A program made the position numbers and the translations under genes. A DNA stretch of 64,000 nucleotides. Origin: Spirochaetia bacterium (GTDB lineage Bacteria > Spirochaetota > Spirochaetia > CADAEX01). The notes beneath the pieces were generated by a model. It had not been told where the DNA came from. It did no database searches and saw only the letters and a list, made by a program, of their open reading frames with translations. Location: positions 1,760,001 to 1,824,000 of the forward strand of contig OY759746.1 of the NCBI GenBank assembly GCA_963662795.1, given 5' to 3'. This document shows, in pieces, positions 19,030-28,055 of this stretch. The first letter of the stretch is position 1; every line of letters starts with the position of its first letter.

Positions 19030-20181
19030 TCAGTACTTAACCGGGACTGAAACACCTATTGATTTAAGCGCATCTTCAAGTACTTTGAAGGCGTCTTTTA
19101 TATCTGCCGGTGTCAATGCGCCCAGGTTGCAAACCCTGAATGTTTCGAGATCAGCAATTTTTCCGGGATATATTGTTACTCCATGTTCAAAAAGATAATC
19201 GTGTATTTTTTTGAAATCGAATTTCGGATCTTTTGGATACATAATTGAAACAACAAGACCGGTCTGTTTTTCAACAGGAAGGATATCCCTGAAACCGAGT
19301 TTTGTCATCTCTTCCCTTATGACTTTGAATCCGTCCATAAACCTTTTATATTTTGCCTGTTCCCCTTCGGCGAAATGTTCCTTGATTCCCTGCTGCAGCG
19401 AATAGATAATCTGTACAGGGGGTGTAAAGTGCAGCTGTTTGTTCTTTTCAAAGAAATCATACTGTCTCCAGAGATTTGTATAGTATGAACGCGCCTTGTA
19501 GTTCTTTGTCTTTTCAATTTCTGATCTTTTTCCAATGAGGAAAGAAACTCCGGTAAAAGCATTCATCCCTTTCTGTGAAGATGCCATACAGAAGTCGATG
19601 TTGTCATCATAAACATTCATCGGGATAATTCCGTAGGTTGATGTTGTGTCAGTTACAAAAACAGCATTGTATTTATGGGCAAGCGCTCCCCCTTCCCTGA
19701 TCGGGTTGCAAAGGCCTGTTCCTGTTTCCTGGTGTACCATGTAAACCAATGCGACATCCGGGTTTTCTTTAAGCGCTTTTTCAACAACAGCCATGTCGGG
19801 AAGATCCGTAACATCAAATTTGACATCGACAACCGGGATTCTGCAGTAATTACATACGTCAACCGCCCTCTGGCTGTAAGCTCCGTTGTTTACAACAAGA
19901 ACTTTTTTTCCGTCCGGCACGAGTGAACTGATGGCGACATCTATGTTGATTGTTCCTGAACCGGCATAAATAACTGCTGCATATTCGTTTGTTTTACCAT
20001 GCACAACCTTTACAAGGTCTTCGGAAATTTCCCTGACAATTTTTGCGAAAGCTTCTTCCCTGTGGCAGATGTCATCCTGAATAAGAGCGGCTTTTACAGA
20101 TTCTGTTGTAGTTGAAGGACCTGGATTTAAAAGAATAGGTCTTTTTACTGTTTTGCAAATCTTTTGTTCCTTAAGTACCAT
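19030..20181 (-). CDS. phnW: 2-aminoethylphosphonate aminotransferase family (class V PLP enzyme)
   Basis: LLNPGPSTT, GSGT, NNGAYSQR, VHQETGTGLCNP, SSQKG, FTPPVQ and IYPGK. Confidence 0.8.
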   Translation of the reverse strand: MVLKEQKICKTVKRPILLNPGPSTTTESVKAALIQDDICHREEAFAKIVREISEDLVKVVHGKTNEYAAVIYAGSGTINIDVAISSLVPDGKKVLVVNNGAYSQRAVDVCNYCRIPVVDVKFDVTDLPDMAVVEKALKENPDVALVYMVHQETGTGLCNPIREGGALAHKYNAVFVTDTTSTYGIIPMNVYDDNIDFCMASSQKGMNAFTGVSFLIGKRSEIEKTKNYKARSYYTNLWRQYDFFEKNKQLHFTPPVQIIYSLQQGIKEHFAEGEQAKYKRFMDGFKVIREEMTKLGFRDILPVEKQTGLVVSIMYPKDPKFDFKKIHDYLFEHGVTIYPGKIADLETFRVCNLGALTPADIKDAFKVLEDALKSIGVSVPVKY

Positions 20182-20533
20182 TACATTCTCCTTCGTTTAA
20201 TGATAACAATAAAATGATAGCAATAATAAATTGAATAACTGTATTCTAACATTAGCAGGATAATAGTCAATCCCGGCTATGCTGATATTTAATATAAATT
20301 TATCTAAAAATGATTTATCATGAAATATTGTTATGATCGTCATAACCTGCCGGCTGTTAATAATAAAAAAAATCAAAAGAGAGACTGCCTGTACTGAAAA
20401 AAGGGGCAAATATTGTTTAATTTAACCGATTTAGGGCTCTCGGCAAAATAAAACTGCGAGAAATGCATGTATTATATAAAATGGAGATATTAAATATATT
20501 AAAAATCAATTAAAAAATAGTTAAAAATAGTTC

Positions 20534-20564
20534 TTGACAAAACATGGTAATAGCGCGTTAAAAT
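20534..20564 (+). promoter_or_regulatory. Promoter of the TAXI-TRAP unit (19 bp spacer)
   Basis: TTGACA (20534-20539), 19 bp, TAAAAT (20559-20564); the region is duplicated near 24298. Confidence 0.55.
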
Positions 20565-20632
20565 AGTAATACTCACGGGTTAATGATATAGCTATCAGAT
20601 GTGTATTAAAAACACTCTGGCGGGGGTTAATT

Positions 20633-21622
20633 TTGCATAAGGTAATTATGCCGGCAGTGTGCCTGTTTTTATTTATAATTCAATACGGTCTGCCGGAAGG
20701 GCAAAATGAAGCTTCCATGTCTTCAGGCTATAATGCTGTAATGGGTTCTTCCGGATTTGAAAGCAGCTGGTATCCGACAGCCTCCAGAATTTCCGGGGTG
20801 TGCATGAAATACAGCGATACAATAATTGCTGTTCAGTCATCGGGGGGTGGAATAGAAAACATAAACCTGATGCGAAGCGGTAAATATGATTTGGGGATTA
20901 CGGAAGCCAATGTCATGGTTTACGGATATAAGGGAATAAAATATTTTGACGGTAAACCGTACCGCAGGATGAGGTTTGTTACAAATCTCTACCCTGTAGT
21001 TTTTCAGATGGTAGTGCAGAAAAACAGCGGTATAAACAGTGTTTACGATATGAAAGGGAAGACTTTTTCGCCGGTTAAAATTGATAATACGGATATTGGG
21101 GAAGAAAGCGCATGGAAGGAAATATTTGAAGCAGCTTTCAATATCAGCGAAAAAGAAATTATATGGCATCCACTTTCTGATGAAGAAAGGGGGATGGCTT
21201 TCAAGGCGCTGATTGTTGATGCAGTCGGTTTTGAAACATCCTGCCCTTCCGGATCTGTCCTTGAGACATCGGCCAGGATGCCTGTAAAGATTCTTTCTGT
21301 CGGCGGAATGGAGAGGAAGAATCTTGTCAATAAATACGGCTGGTATAAGCCCTGGACAATTCCTGCCGGAACATATGCAGGGCAGAAGACAGATGTTGAA
21401 ACTGTCGCAGTTGACGGTGTAATAATTTCAGATGACGGAGTAAGTGAAAAGGTTGTGTATGATTTGTTAAGGACCCTTTATGGAGAAGGCCTTGATTTAA
21501 TCAGATCTGTCCATGAAATGTCATCGTACATTAATCTTGATAATGCGCTTTCGGGGAAAGGGTCTGTACCTCTTCACCCGGGAGCTGAAAAGTATTACAG
21601 GGAAAAAGGGTTAATAAATTAA
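20633..21622 (+). CDS. TAXI family TRAP transporter solute-binding protein (divergent)
   Basis: Signal peptide, WYP, GGIENINL, LYP..FQMVV, TIPAGTY.GQ and VPLHPGAEKYYREKG; TTG start. Confidence 0.88.
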   Translation: MHKVIMPAVCLFLFIIQYGLPEGQNEASMSSGYNAVMGSSGFESSWYPTASRISGVCMKYSDTIIAVQSSGGGIENINLMRSGKYDLGITEANVMVYGYKGIKYFDGKPYRRMRFVTNLYPVVFQMVVQKNSGINSVYDMKGKTFSPVKIDNTDIGEESAWKEIFEAAFNISEKEIIWHPLSDEERGMAFKALIVDAVGFETSCPSGSVLETSARMPVKILSVGGMERKNLVNKYGWYKPWTIPAGTYAGQKTDVETVAVDGVIISDDGVSEKVVYDLLRTLYGEGLDLIRSVHEMSSYINLDNALSGKGSVPLHPGAEKYYREKGLIN

Positions 21623-21625
21623 CCG

Positions 21626-21715
21626 TGAAGTTTGATACTTCAGATTTTTGGTCGTCGGGTTTGGGTCTTGTGGTTTCCAGTCGTCGGGTTTGAGTCTACA
21701 GGTATTAAAACTTCA
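21626..21715. repeat. Two 18-bp direct repeats enclosed by an inverted repeat
   Basis: GTCGTCGGGTTTG(G/A)GTCT at 21651 and 21680, flanked by TGAAGTTTGATAC and GTATTAAAACTTCA. Confidence 0.65.
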
Positions 21716-21880
21716 AATTACAGATATATGATTGAAAAACGGTTTTTATTTCAATCAGGTTTTAGTAATAAATGTTCATGGAGGTATCAAATTACCCTTT
21801 TGTGGGCAGTTATTTATTCAGGGTCTTAATTCTTTGGTTCAAGGAAATAAATATTTTTGAAAAAGAAGGATAATTAACTA

Positions 21881-24103
21881 ATGAGCGACGAATTATTAAA
21901 TCTTAACACAGCTGGGATGTCGGAAGAGGAAAAGCTGGAAGCTCTTGAAATTGCGGAAAGAGCTAAAAAGATTGAAAAGGAAACTTCCGGACACAGGGAT
22001 ACCGGTGCACTTGGACTCAAGATAATTGCAGCAATTGCAATTGGTATGAGTCTCTTTCATCTTTACACCGGGGCATTTGGGCTTCTTATTGCCTTAAGGC
22101 AGAGGGCAATTCACCTTTTGTTTGCCATTATTATCTGTTTGCTGAAATTTTCAGCAAACAAGAATCAGGGGGCGGATAAGGAACCATGGGTACCTTACGT
22201 TCTTTTGGGAATTGGTATCTGGACTTCTGTTTTTCTTTATCTGCAGAGTATTGGCGCCCTTACCAATGTTATTGCAATAGTTTCATTTATTGTGATTTTC
22301 GGGCTGCTCTTTTATGCAAGGATGCTAACCCTTAAAAAGAGAATTAAAATCGGAAAGGCATATGAGTCTTTGCCAATGTGGTATGATTACATCTTTATGG
22401 CATTTGCGATAATAGGATGTTCCTATATTGCGATCTATGTTGACAAGATAATGGAAAGAGCCGGTATTGTAATGCTTGTTGACCAGATTGTAGGATTTTT
22501 CCTGATCCTGACTGTTCTTGAAGCTACGAGAAGGTCTATCGGACATACACTTATGATTATAGGTGTACTTATGCTTATTTACAGCAGGTTCGGATTCCTC
22601 TTTCCCGGAGTTTTCTGGCATCCCGGGTTCCAGGTTTCAATGATCATAAGGCATTTTATCCTTACTGACTCAGGACTCTGGTCAACACCTCTTGGAGTAT
22701 CATCAACATTTATTTCGATGTTCCTCCTGTTTGGCGCTGCACTTCATGCATCAGGGCTTGCGGAAATTCTCCTTAAAATAGCAAGAGGTATTTTCGGAAC
22801 CATGGTCGGCGGCCCTGCAAAGATGGCAGTTGTCGCAAGCAGCCTTTTCGCAATGATAAGCGGTTCTTCAACTTCCAATGTTGCAACAACCGGTATTGTT
22901 ACAATACCGCTGATGAAAAAAACAGGTATTCCTGCGCATCTCGCCGGCGCCACAGAAGCCGCGGCATCAATGGGCGGACAGATTACTCCTCCTGTAATGG
23001 GCGCAGTTGCGTTTATTATGGCAGAGTTTTTGGGAGTCAGCTACGTTGTTGTTATGGCAGCGGCGGCCCTTCCAGCTGCGCTTTACTATTCTGCTGTATA
23101 TTCAATGATACATTTTGAATCACACAGGATAGGCGCTATTGGACTTAAGAGAAGCGAAATTCCGCCATGGAAAAAAGATGCGCTTTACGGCAGCTATCTT
23201 TTTCTCCCTGTAATTGTTCTTGTATATATGCTTATTGACGGTTACACACCGATGAGGGCAGGGTTTACATCATTTATACTCGCGATCGGATTATCCATGA
23301 TAAAGAAAGATACAAGGCTTGACTTTAAAAAGTTCGGTCATGTTCTTGCTTCAGCAGCGCAGACATTAACTGTTGTTGCAATCCCTTCAGCTGTAGCCGG
23401 TTTTGTTGTAGGTACCGCGACCCTTACCGGGCTTGCGCCAAGAGTATCCGCAGCGCTTGCAATCCTCGCGAAGGACAGTCTCCTGCTTACCCTGATTATT
23501 ACACAGGTAATGTGTCTTATCCTCGGCATGGGTGTGCCGACAGTTGCGAACTATATTCTTATGACAATTCTTACCGTTCCTATAATGCTCAGGGCAGGGG
23601 TTGAGCCGATGGCTGCGCACCTTTTTGCTTTCCACTTTGGAATTATGTCTGAGCTTACACCTCCGGTAGCAATTACATCCTATACGGCATCGGCGATCGC
23701 GGGAGCCAAGTTCTGGCCCACTGCGTTTGCGGCAGTCCGCCTCGCGGCTGTTGCCTATATCGTTCCATACCTCTTTGTATTCAACACCAACCTCCTCCTT
23801 GGACAGCATCCGTTTACATTCATGACTATTGTAACTATTATCACAGCTATTGCAGGTGCGGTCATGTTCGGAGCGACAATGGCAGGATATCTTAAGCGGA
23901 AAATGTACCTGATAGAAAGGGTTATACTTGCGATGGGTGCAATTCTTATGATCCGCCCAAAGCTGGTGCCGACCCTTACCGGTATCGGTATAATTATCCT
24001 GGTATTTGCAGCACAGTTTATTTATAAGAAAAATCCTAAAAACTATGTTGTACCTGAATCTGTTAAAGCAAGAATGGCAGAAAAAGAAGCTGCAAAAAAG
24101 TAA
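21881..24103 (+). CDS. TRAP transporter fused permease (4TM/12TM, TAXI-associated), copy 1
   Basis: LEATRRSIG, GGPAKMAVVAS, ISGSSTSNVATTG, ASMGGQITPPVMG, LGMGVPT and LTPPVA. Confidence 0.93.
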   Translation: MSDELLNLNTAGMSEEEKLEALEIAERAKKIEKETSGHRDTGALGLKIIAAIAIGMSLFHLYTGAFGLLIALRQRAIHLLFAIIICLLKFSANKNQGADKEPWVPYVLLGIGIWTSVFLYLQSIGALTNVIAIVSFIVIFGLLFYARMLTLKKRIKIGKAYESLPMWYDYIFMAFAIIGCSYIAIYVDKIMERAGIVMLVDQIVGFFLILTVLEATRRSIGHTLMIIGVLMLIYSRFGFLFPGVFWHPGFQVSMIIRHFILTDSGLWSTPLGVSSTFISMFLLFGAALHASGLAEILLKIARGIFGTMVGGPAKMAVVASSLFAMISGSSTSNVATTGIVTIPLMKKTGIPAHLAGATEAAASMGGQITPPVMGAVAFIMAEFLGVSYVVVMAAAALPAALYYSAVYSMIHFESHRIGAIGLKRSEIPPWKKDALYGSYLFLPVIVLVYMLIDGYTPMRAGFTSFILAIGLSMIKKDTRLDFKKFGHVLASAAQTLTVVAIPSAVAGFVVGTATLTGLAPRVSAALAILAKDSLLLTLIITQVMCLILGMGVPTVANYILMTILTVPIMLRAGVEPMAAHLFAFHFGIMSELTPPVAITSYTASAIAGAKFWPTAFAAVRLAAVAYIVPYLFVFNTNLLLGQHPFTFMTIVTIITAIAGAVMFGATMAGYLKRKMYLIERVILAMGAILMIRPKLVPTLTGIGIIILVFAAQFIYKKNPKNYVVPESVKARMAEKEAAKK

Positions 24104-24127
24104 ACCGGATTTTTTTGACTCACAATT

Positions 24128-24154
24128 AAAGGGCCGCTTAGCGGCCCTTTTTTT
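24128..24154 (+). terminator. Rho-independent terminator
   Basis: AAAGGGCCGC-TTA-GCGGCCCTTTTTTT. Confidence 0.88.
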
Positions 24155-24297
24155 GCCTTTTGTATTTTACAGTCATTGATTTAAGTATTTAATCTTATTC
24201 CGGAATCAGCATCCTGTAGCGGGATGATGGATATATTGTGTTTAATGGATATATTAGATATATTAAAAAATAATTAAATTTACGTTAAAAATAAGAC

Positions 24298-24328
24298 TTG
24301 ACAAAACAGGCAGACAGGACGCTATTAT
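24298..24328 (+). promoter_or_regulatory. Duplicated TAXI-TRAP promoter (19 bp spacer)
   Basis: TTGACA (24298-24303), 19 bp, TATTAT; the upstream AT-rich block aligns with 20476-20545. Confidence 0.55.
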
Positions 24329-24407
24329 GTAGATATCCAGGGAGAACTGCGGTAATAATTTCTTTTTAAATTGTGACATGGGTTAATTCATTATGTTCCT
24401 TTGCCTG

Positions 24408-24482
24408 ATGTCACAGGGAATTGAATTTTATTCTGAGTTTCAGGGAAAAGGTCCTGTGCCGTTTACCCCTAAACTCATATAG
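24408..24482 (+). pseudogene. Relic of a second TAXI solute-binding protein gene (C-terminal fragment)
   Basis: Translates to MSQGIEFYSEFQGKGPVPFTP, colinear with MSSYINLDNALSGKGSVPLHP of the intact TAXI gene (21518-21580). Confidence 0.6.
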
Positions 24483-24658
24483 TTTTTATGAATAAGGAAA
24501 AAAAGAGCCGGGGTTATAATACCTTACTGTCTTAATAATATAATTTTAAATAATTCAAATCAGGAAAAATATCTCATATCCGGAAAAGTTTACTTATGAA
24601 AAAAGTATTCTTTGGTTCAAAGAATAAAAATAAATGCCAATAAAAAGGAAAGGAAATA

Positions 24659-26860
24659 ATGAGTGACGATTTGTTGAATGTCCTTGACCTGTCAAAAATG
24701 ACAGAACAGGAAAAAAAAGAAGCTCTTGAAATTGAAGCAAGGGCCAAAGAGCTTGAAAGAAAAACTTCCGGGCACAGGGATTTTGATGTACTTGCCGCAA
24801 AAATCCTTGTAGCTGTTGCAGCACTGTACGGGGTATTCCATCTTTATACGGTTTTTGTACCTTACACCGCATTGAAGCAGCGTTCCATCCACCTTGCATT
24901 CGCAATTGTAATTTGCTTAATGAAATTTGCGGCAAACAAGAACCAGGGATCGGCAAAAGAGCCGTATCTGCCTTATGCTTTTCTGGGGATTGGATTCTGG
25001 ACATCTTTTTTCCTCACAATGGATAAACTGAAAATGAATTCCACATTGATCGCAGTAGTCTCATTTTTTGTGATTTTCGGTCTGCTGTTTTATTCCAGAT
25101 ATCTTACCCTCATCTGGAGGAAAAAAACAGGAAAAGCCTATGAAACAACAGTAATCTGGTATGACTATGTGTTTATGGCATTCGGTATTATGGGTTGTGC
25201 CTATATTGCAATTTTTTCTGATAATATAATGGAGAGGGCAGGTATAGTAACACTTTTTGACCAGATAGCAGGATTCATGCTTATTATTGTGGTTCTTGAA
25301 ACTACAAGAAGATCAATTGGACATACCCTAATGATTATAGGAATCCTGATGCTTGTCTACAGCCGGTTCGGGTTTCTTTTTCCGGGAGTTTTCTGGCATC
25401 CCGGTTTTCAGGTTTCAATGATCATAAGGCACTTTATTCTCACCGATGCCGGACTCTGGTCTACTCCTCTCGGCGTATCAGCCAGTTATATTGCCCTGTT
25501 TCTTCTCCTCGGTTCCGCACTGCATGTCTCAGGACTTGCTGAAGTCCTTCTGACAATCGCAAAAGGGGTATTCGGGCATATGGTCGGAGGACCCGCAAAA
25601 ATGGCTGTTGTTGCAAGCAGCATGTTTGCCACAATCAGCGGTTCATCAACTTCAAATGTAGCGACAACAGGTATTGTAACAATACCGCTTATGAAAAGGA
25701 CAGGTATTCCGGCTCATCTTGCAGGAGCGACAGAAGCCGCCGCTTCAATGGGCGGACAGATTACACCTCCTGTTATGGGCGCTGTGGCATTTATAATGGC
25801 AGAGTTTCTCGGTGTAAGCTATCTGGAAGTTGCCACCGCGGCAGCTCTTCCTGCCCTTCTTTACTACACTTCAGTATTTTCAATGATTCATTTTGAATCG
25901 CACAGGATAGGGGCAATAGGGCTTAAAAAGAGCGAGATTCCTCCCTGGAAAAGGGAAGCTGTAATGAGAGGGTATCTGTTTCTCCCTGTTGTTTCTCTTG
26001 TTTATATGCTGATAGACGGATATACACCGATGATGGCATCTTTCTGGTCTTTTATACTCTGTCTTATTCTTGCCATGTTCAGAAAAGAAACAAGAATTAC
26101 TCCTAAAAAATTCATAACAGTTCTAAGCAACGCAGGCCAGACACTTACCGTTGTCGCGATTCCTTCAGCAATTGCAGGCTTTGTTGTAGGGACTGCGACA
26201 CTTACAGGCCTTACCCCGAGAATATCGGCATTCCTTGCTGTCCTGGCACAGGATAACCTTCTTCTCACACTTCTCATTACAATGGTAATGTGTCTTATCC
26301 TCGGCATGGGTGTCCCGACAGTTGCCAACTACATCCTTATGACAATACTTACTGTTCCGATAATGATCCGGGCAGGGGTTGAACCTATGGCAGCACACCT
26401 TTTCTGCTTCCACTTCGGAATAATGTCAGAGCTGACGCCACCGGTTGCGATTACATCCTACACAGCTTCGGCGATTGCAGGGGCGAAATTCTGGCCTACA
26501 GCATTTGCCGCGGTACGGCTTGCTGCTGTAGCATATATTGTTCCTTTTATTTTTGTATACAACACAAAACTGCTCCTCGGTCAGCATCCATTTGAATTGA
26601 TGACAATTGTAACGATAATTACAGCAATATTCGGCTCAGTAATATTCGGCTCAGTAATGGCCGGATACATGAAGAGGAAACTGTATCTTGTTGAAAGGGT
26701 TGTCCTTGCCCTGGGCGCCGTACTAATGATAAGGCCGAAACTTGGCCCGACTCTTCTTGGTATAGCGGTATTCGGAGGAGTTTTTGCTTTCCAGTTTATT
26801 TTCAGTAAACAGCCAAAAAGTTATGTTGTTCCGGAAACAATGAAAAAACGGGTTTCGTAA
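24659..26860 (+). CDS. TRAP transporter fused permease (4TM/12TM), copy 2
   Basis: Same motifs as copy 1, with long identical stretches such as FGFLFPGVFWHPGFQVSMIIRHFILTD. Confidence 0.93.
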   Translation: MSDDLLNVLDLSKMTEQEKKEALEIEARAKELERKTSGHRDFDVLAAKILVAVAALYGVFHLYTVFVPYTALKQRSIHLAFAIVICLMKFAANKNQGSAKEPYLPYAFLGIGFWTSFFLTMDKLKMNSTLIAVVSFFVIFGLLFYSRYLTLIWRKKTGKAYETTVIWYDYVFMAFGIMGCAYIAIFSDNIMERAGIVTLFDQIAGFMLIIVVLETTRRSIGHTLMIIGILMLVYSRFGFLFPGVFWHPGFQVSMIIRHFILTDAGLWSTPLGVSASYIALFLLLGSALHVSGLAEVLLTIAKGVFGHMVGGPAKMAVVASSMFATISGSSTSNVATTGIVTIPLMKRTGIPAHLAGATEAAASMGGQITPPVMGAVAFIMAEFLGVSYLEVATAAALPALLYYTSVFSMIHFESHRIGAIGLKKSEIPPWKREAVMRGYLFLPVVSLVYMLIDGYTPMMASFWSFILCLILAMFRKETRITPKKFITVLSNAGQTLTVVAIPSAIAGFVVGTATLTGLTPRISAFLAVLAQDNLLLTLLITMVMCLILGMGVPTVANYILMTILTVPIMIRAGVEPMAAHLFCFHFGIMSELTPPVAITSYTASAIAGAKFWPTAFAAVRLAAVAYIVPFIFVYNTKLLLGQHPFELMTIVTIITAIFGSVIFGSVMAGYMKRKLYLVERVVLALGAVLMIRPKLGPTLLGIAVFGGVFAFQFIFSKQPKSYVVPETMKKRVS

Positions 26861-26891
26861 TATCCTGTAACTAAAAAAAGGCTGAATCCTG

Positions 26892-26945
26892 TGAACTGAC
26901 CCCCATGAAGCAGAACTTTATGGGGGTATTTTTATGGGGAAAAAT
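26892..26945 (+). mobile_element. Possible IS3-family (IS150-group-like) left-end relic forming a terminator-like hairpin
   Basis: Starts TGAACTGACCCCC, forms the hairpin ACCCCCATGAAG/CTTTATGGGGGT, then ATTTTTATGGGGAAAAA. No transposase. Resemblance to IS ends is from memory. Confidence 0.4.
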
Positions 26946-27000
26946 CAGAAGGGGTAGAGCCTTTTTATCAGCCTGCATAAACAATGTATAAATGAAATTT

Positions 27001-27294
27001 TTACGGTTTAAACCCCGGTATTTTGATTTCCACGTCACTTTTTACATAAGTCTGGCAGGCAAGGCGCTGGTTTGCACCTGCTTTTATTGCATCAAGACGG
27101 CCTTTTTCTTTTTCAGATACGGCAGAGAGGTTTTCCATTCCTGAAATAATTGTAATCCTGCATGTTCCGCACACGGCTTTCCCTCCGCAGAGGTGGTTTA
27201 TCCTTATCCCTTCCCTTAAAAGTATGTTCAGTATTGATACTGAAGGGGATGCATTAATAGATTGTCCGGAATTTGCGATTTTTATTACCGGCAT
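27001..27294 (-). CDS. 2Fe-2S ferredoxin
   Basis: CGGKAVCGTC and RLACQ. Confidence 0.9.
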   Translation of the reverse strand: MPVIKIANSGQSINASPSVSILNILLREGIRINHLCGGKAVCGTCRITIISGMENLSAVSEKEKGRLDAIKAGANQRLACQTYVKSDVEIKIPGFKP

Positions 27295-28055
27295 AGGCTG
27301 TTTTTGACGTATTGCACACCGTTTTTAAATATTTCAAGACCCGAGCCATCCGTTATATTGCCGGATGCCCACCCGGGGTGGTTTTCCCTGCAGAGGAACG
27401 CTTCAGGGTGAGGCATAAGGCCCAGGATCCTGCCTGTCCTGTCTGTAAGGCCTGCGATATTGTTTACCGAACCGTTGGGGTTTCTGTCAAGATATCTTAC
27501 AGCTGCGAGATTTTCTCTTTCAATTTTATCAAGGACCTCTTCCGTTGCAGTAATAAAACGCCCTTCCCCGTGCCTGATGGGAACGTCCATTTCATCAAGC
27601 CCTTTCGTCCAGACGCAGGGTGAATTGCCGTTGAAAGAGACTGTAAGCCAGCTGTTTTCAAAAAGGCCGGTATTGTTATGGATTAGTGATACATCAGGGC
27701 TCCAGTCCCCTTCAAAATCAGGCAGCACTCCCATTTTTACAAGTACCTGGAAGCCGTTGCAGATACCGATTATAAGTTTTCCTCCATCAATAAAGGATTT
27801 CAGTTCACTCATCAGATGTTTTTTAAAAAGATGGGCAAATACAAGCCCGGAACCTATGTGGTCTCCGAAAGAAAAACCGCCGGGAAACGCCAGTATATGA
27901 AAATCTTTCAGACGGGAGGGGTTTTCTATCAAATCCTGAATATGAATTCTTTCTGCCTCTGACCCCGCAAGGATGAACGCTCTTTCAAGTTCCCTGTCCG
28001 CGTTTATGCCGTATCCTGTAATTACTGCAGTTTTTACTGTTTCCGCATTGCTCAT
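27285..28055 (-). CDS. purQ: Phosphoribosylformylglycinamidine synthase glutaminase subunit
   Basis: PGGFSFGD, GICNGFQ, HGEGRF, NPNGS and GLMPHPE. Confidence 0.95.
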   Translation of the reverse strand: MSNAETVKTAVITGYGINADRELERAFILAGSEAERIHIQDLIENPSRLKDFHILAFPGGFSFGDHIGSGLVFAHLFKKHLMSELKSFIDGGKLIIGICNGFQVLVKMGVLPDFEGDWSPDVSLIHNNTGLFENSWLTVSFNGNSPCVWTKGLDEMDVPIRHGEGRFITATEEVLDKIERENLAAVRYLDRNPNGSVNNIAGLTDRTGRILGLMPHPEAFLCRENHPGWASGNITDGSGLEIFKNGVQYVKNSLCR

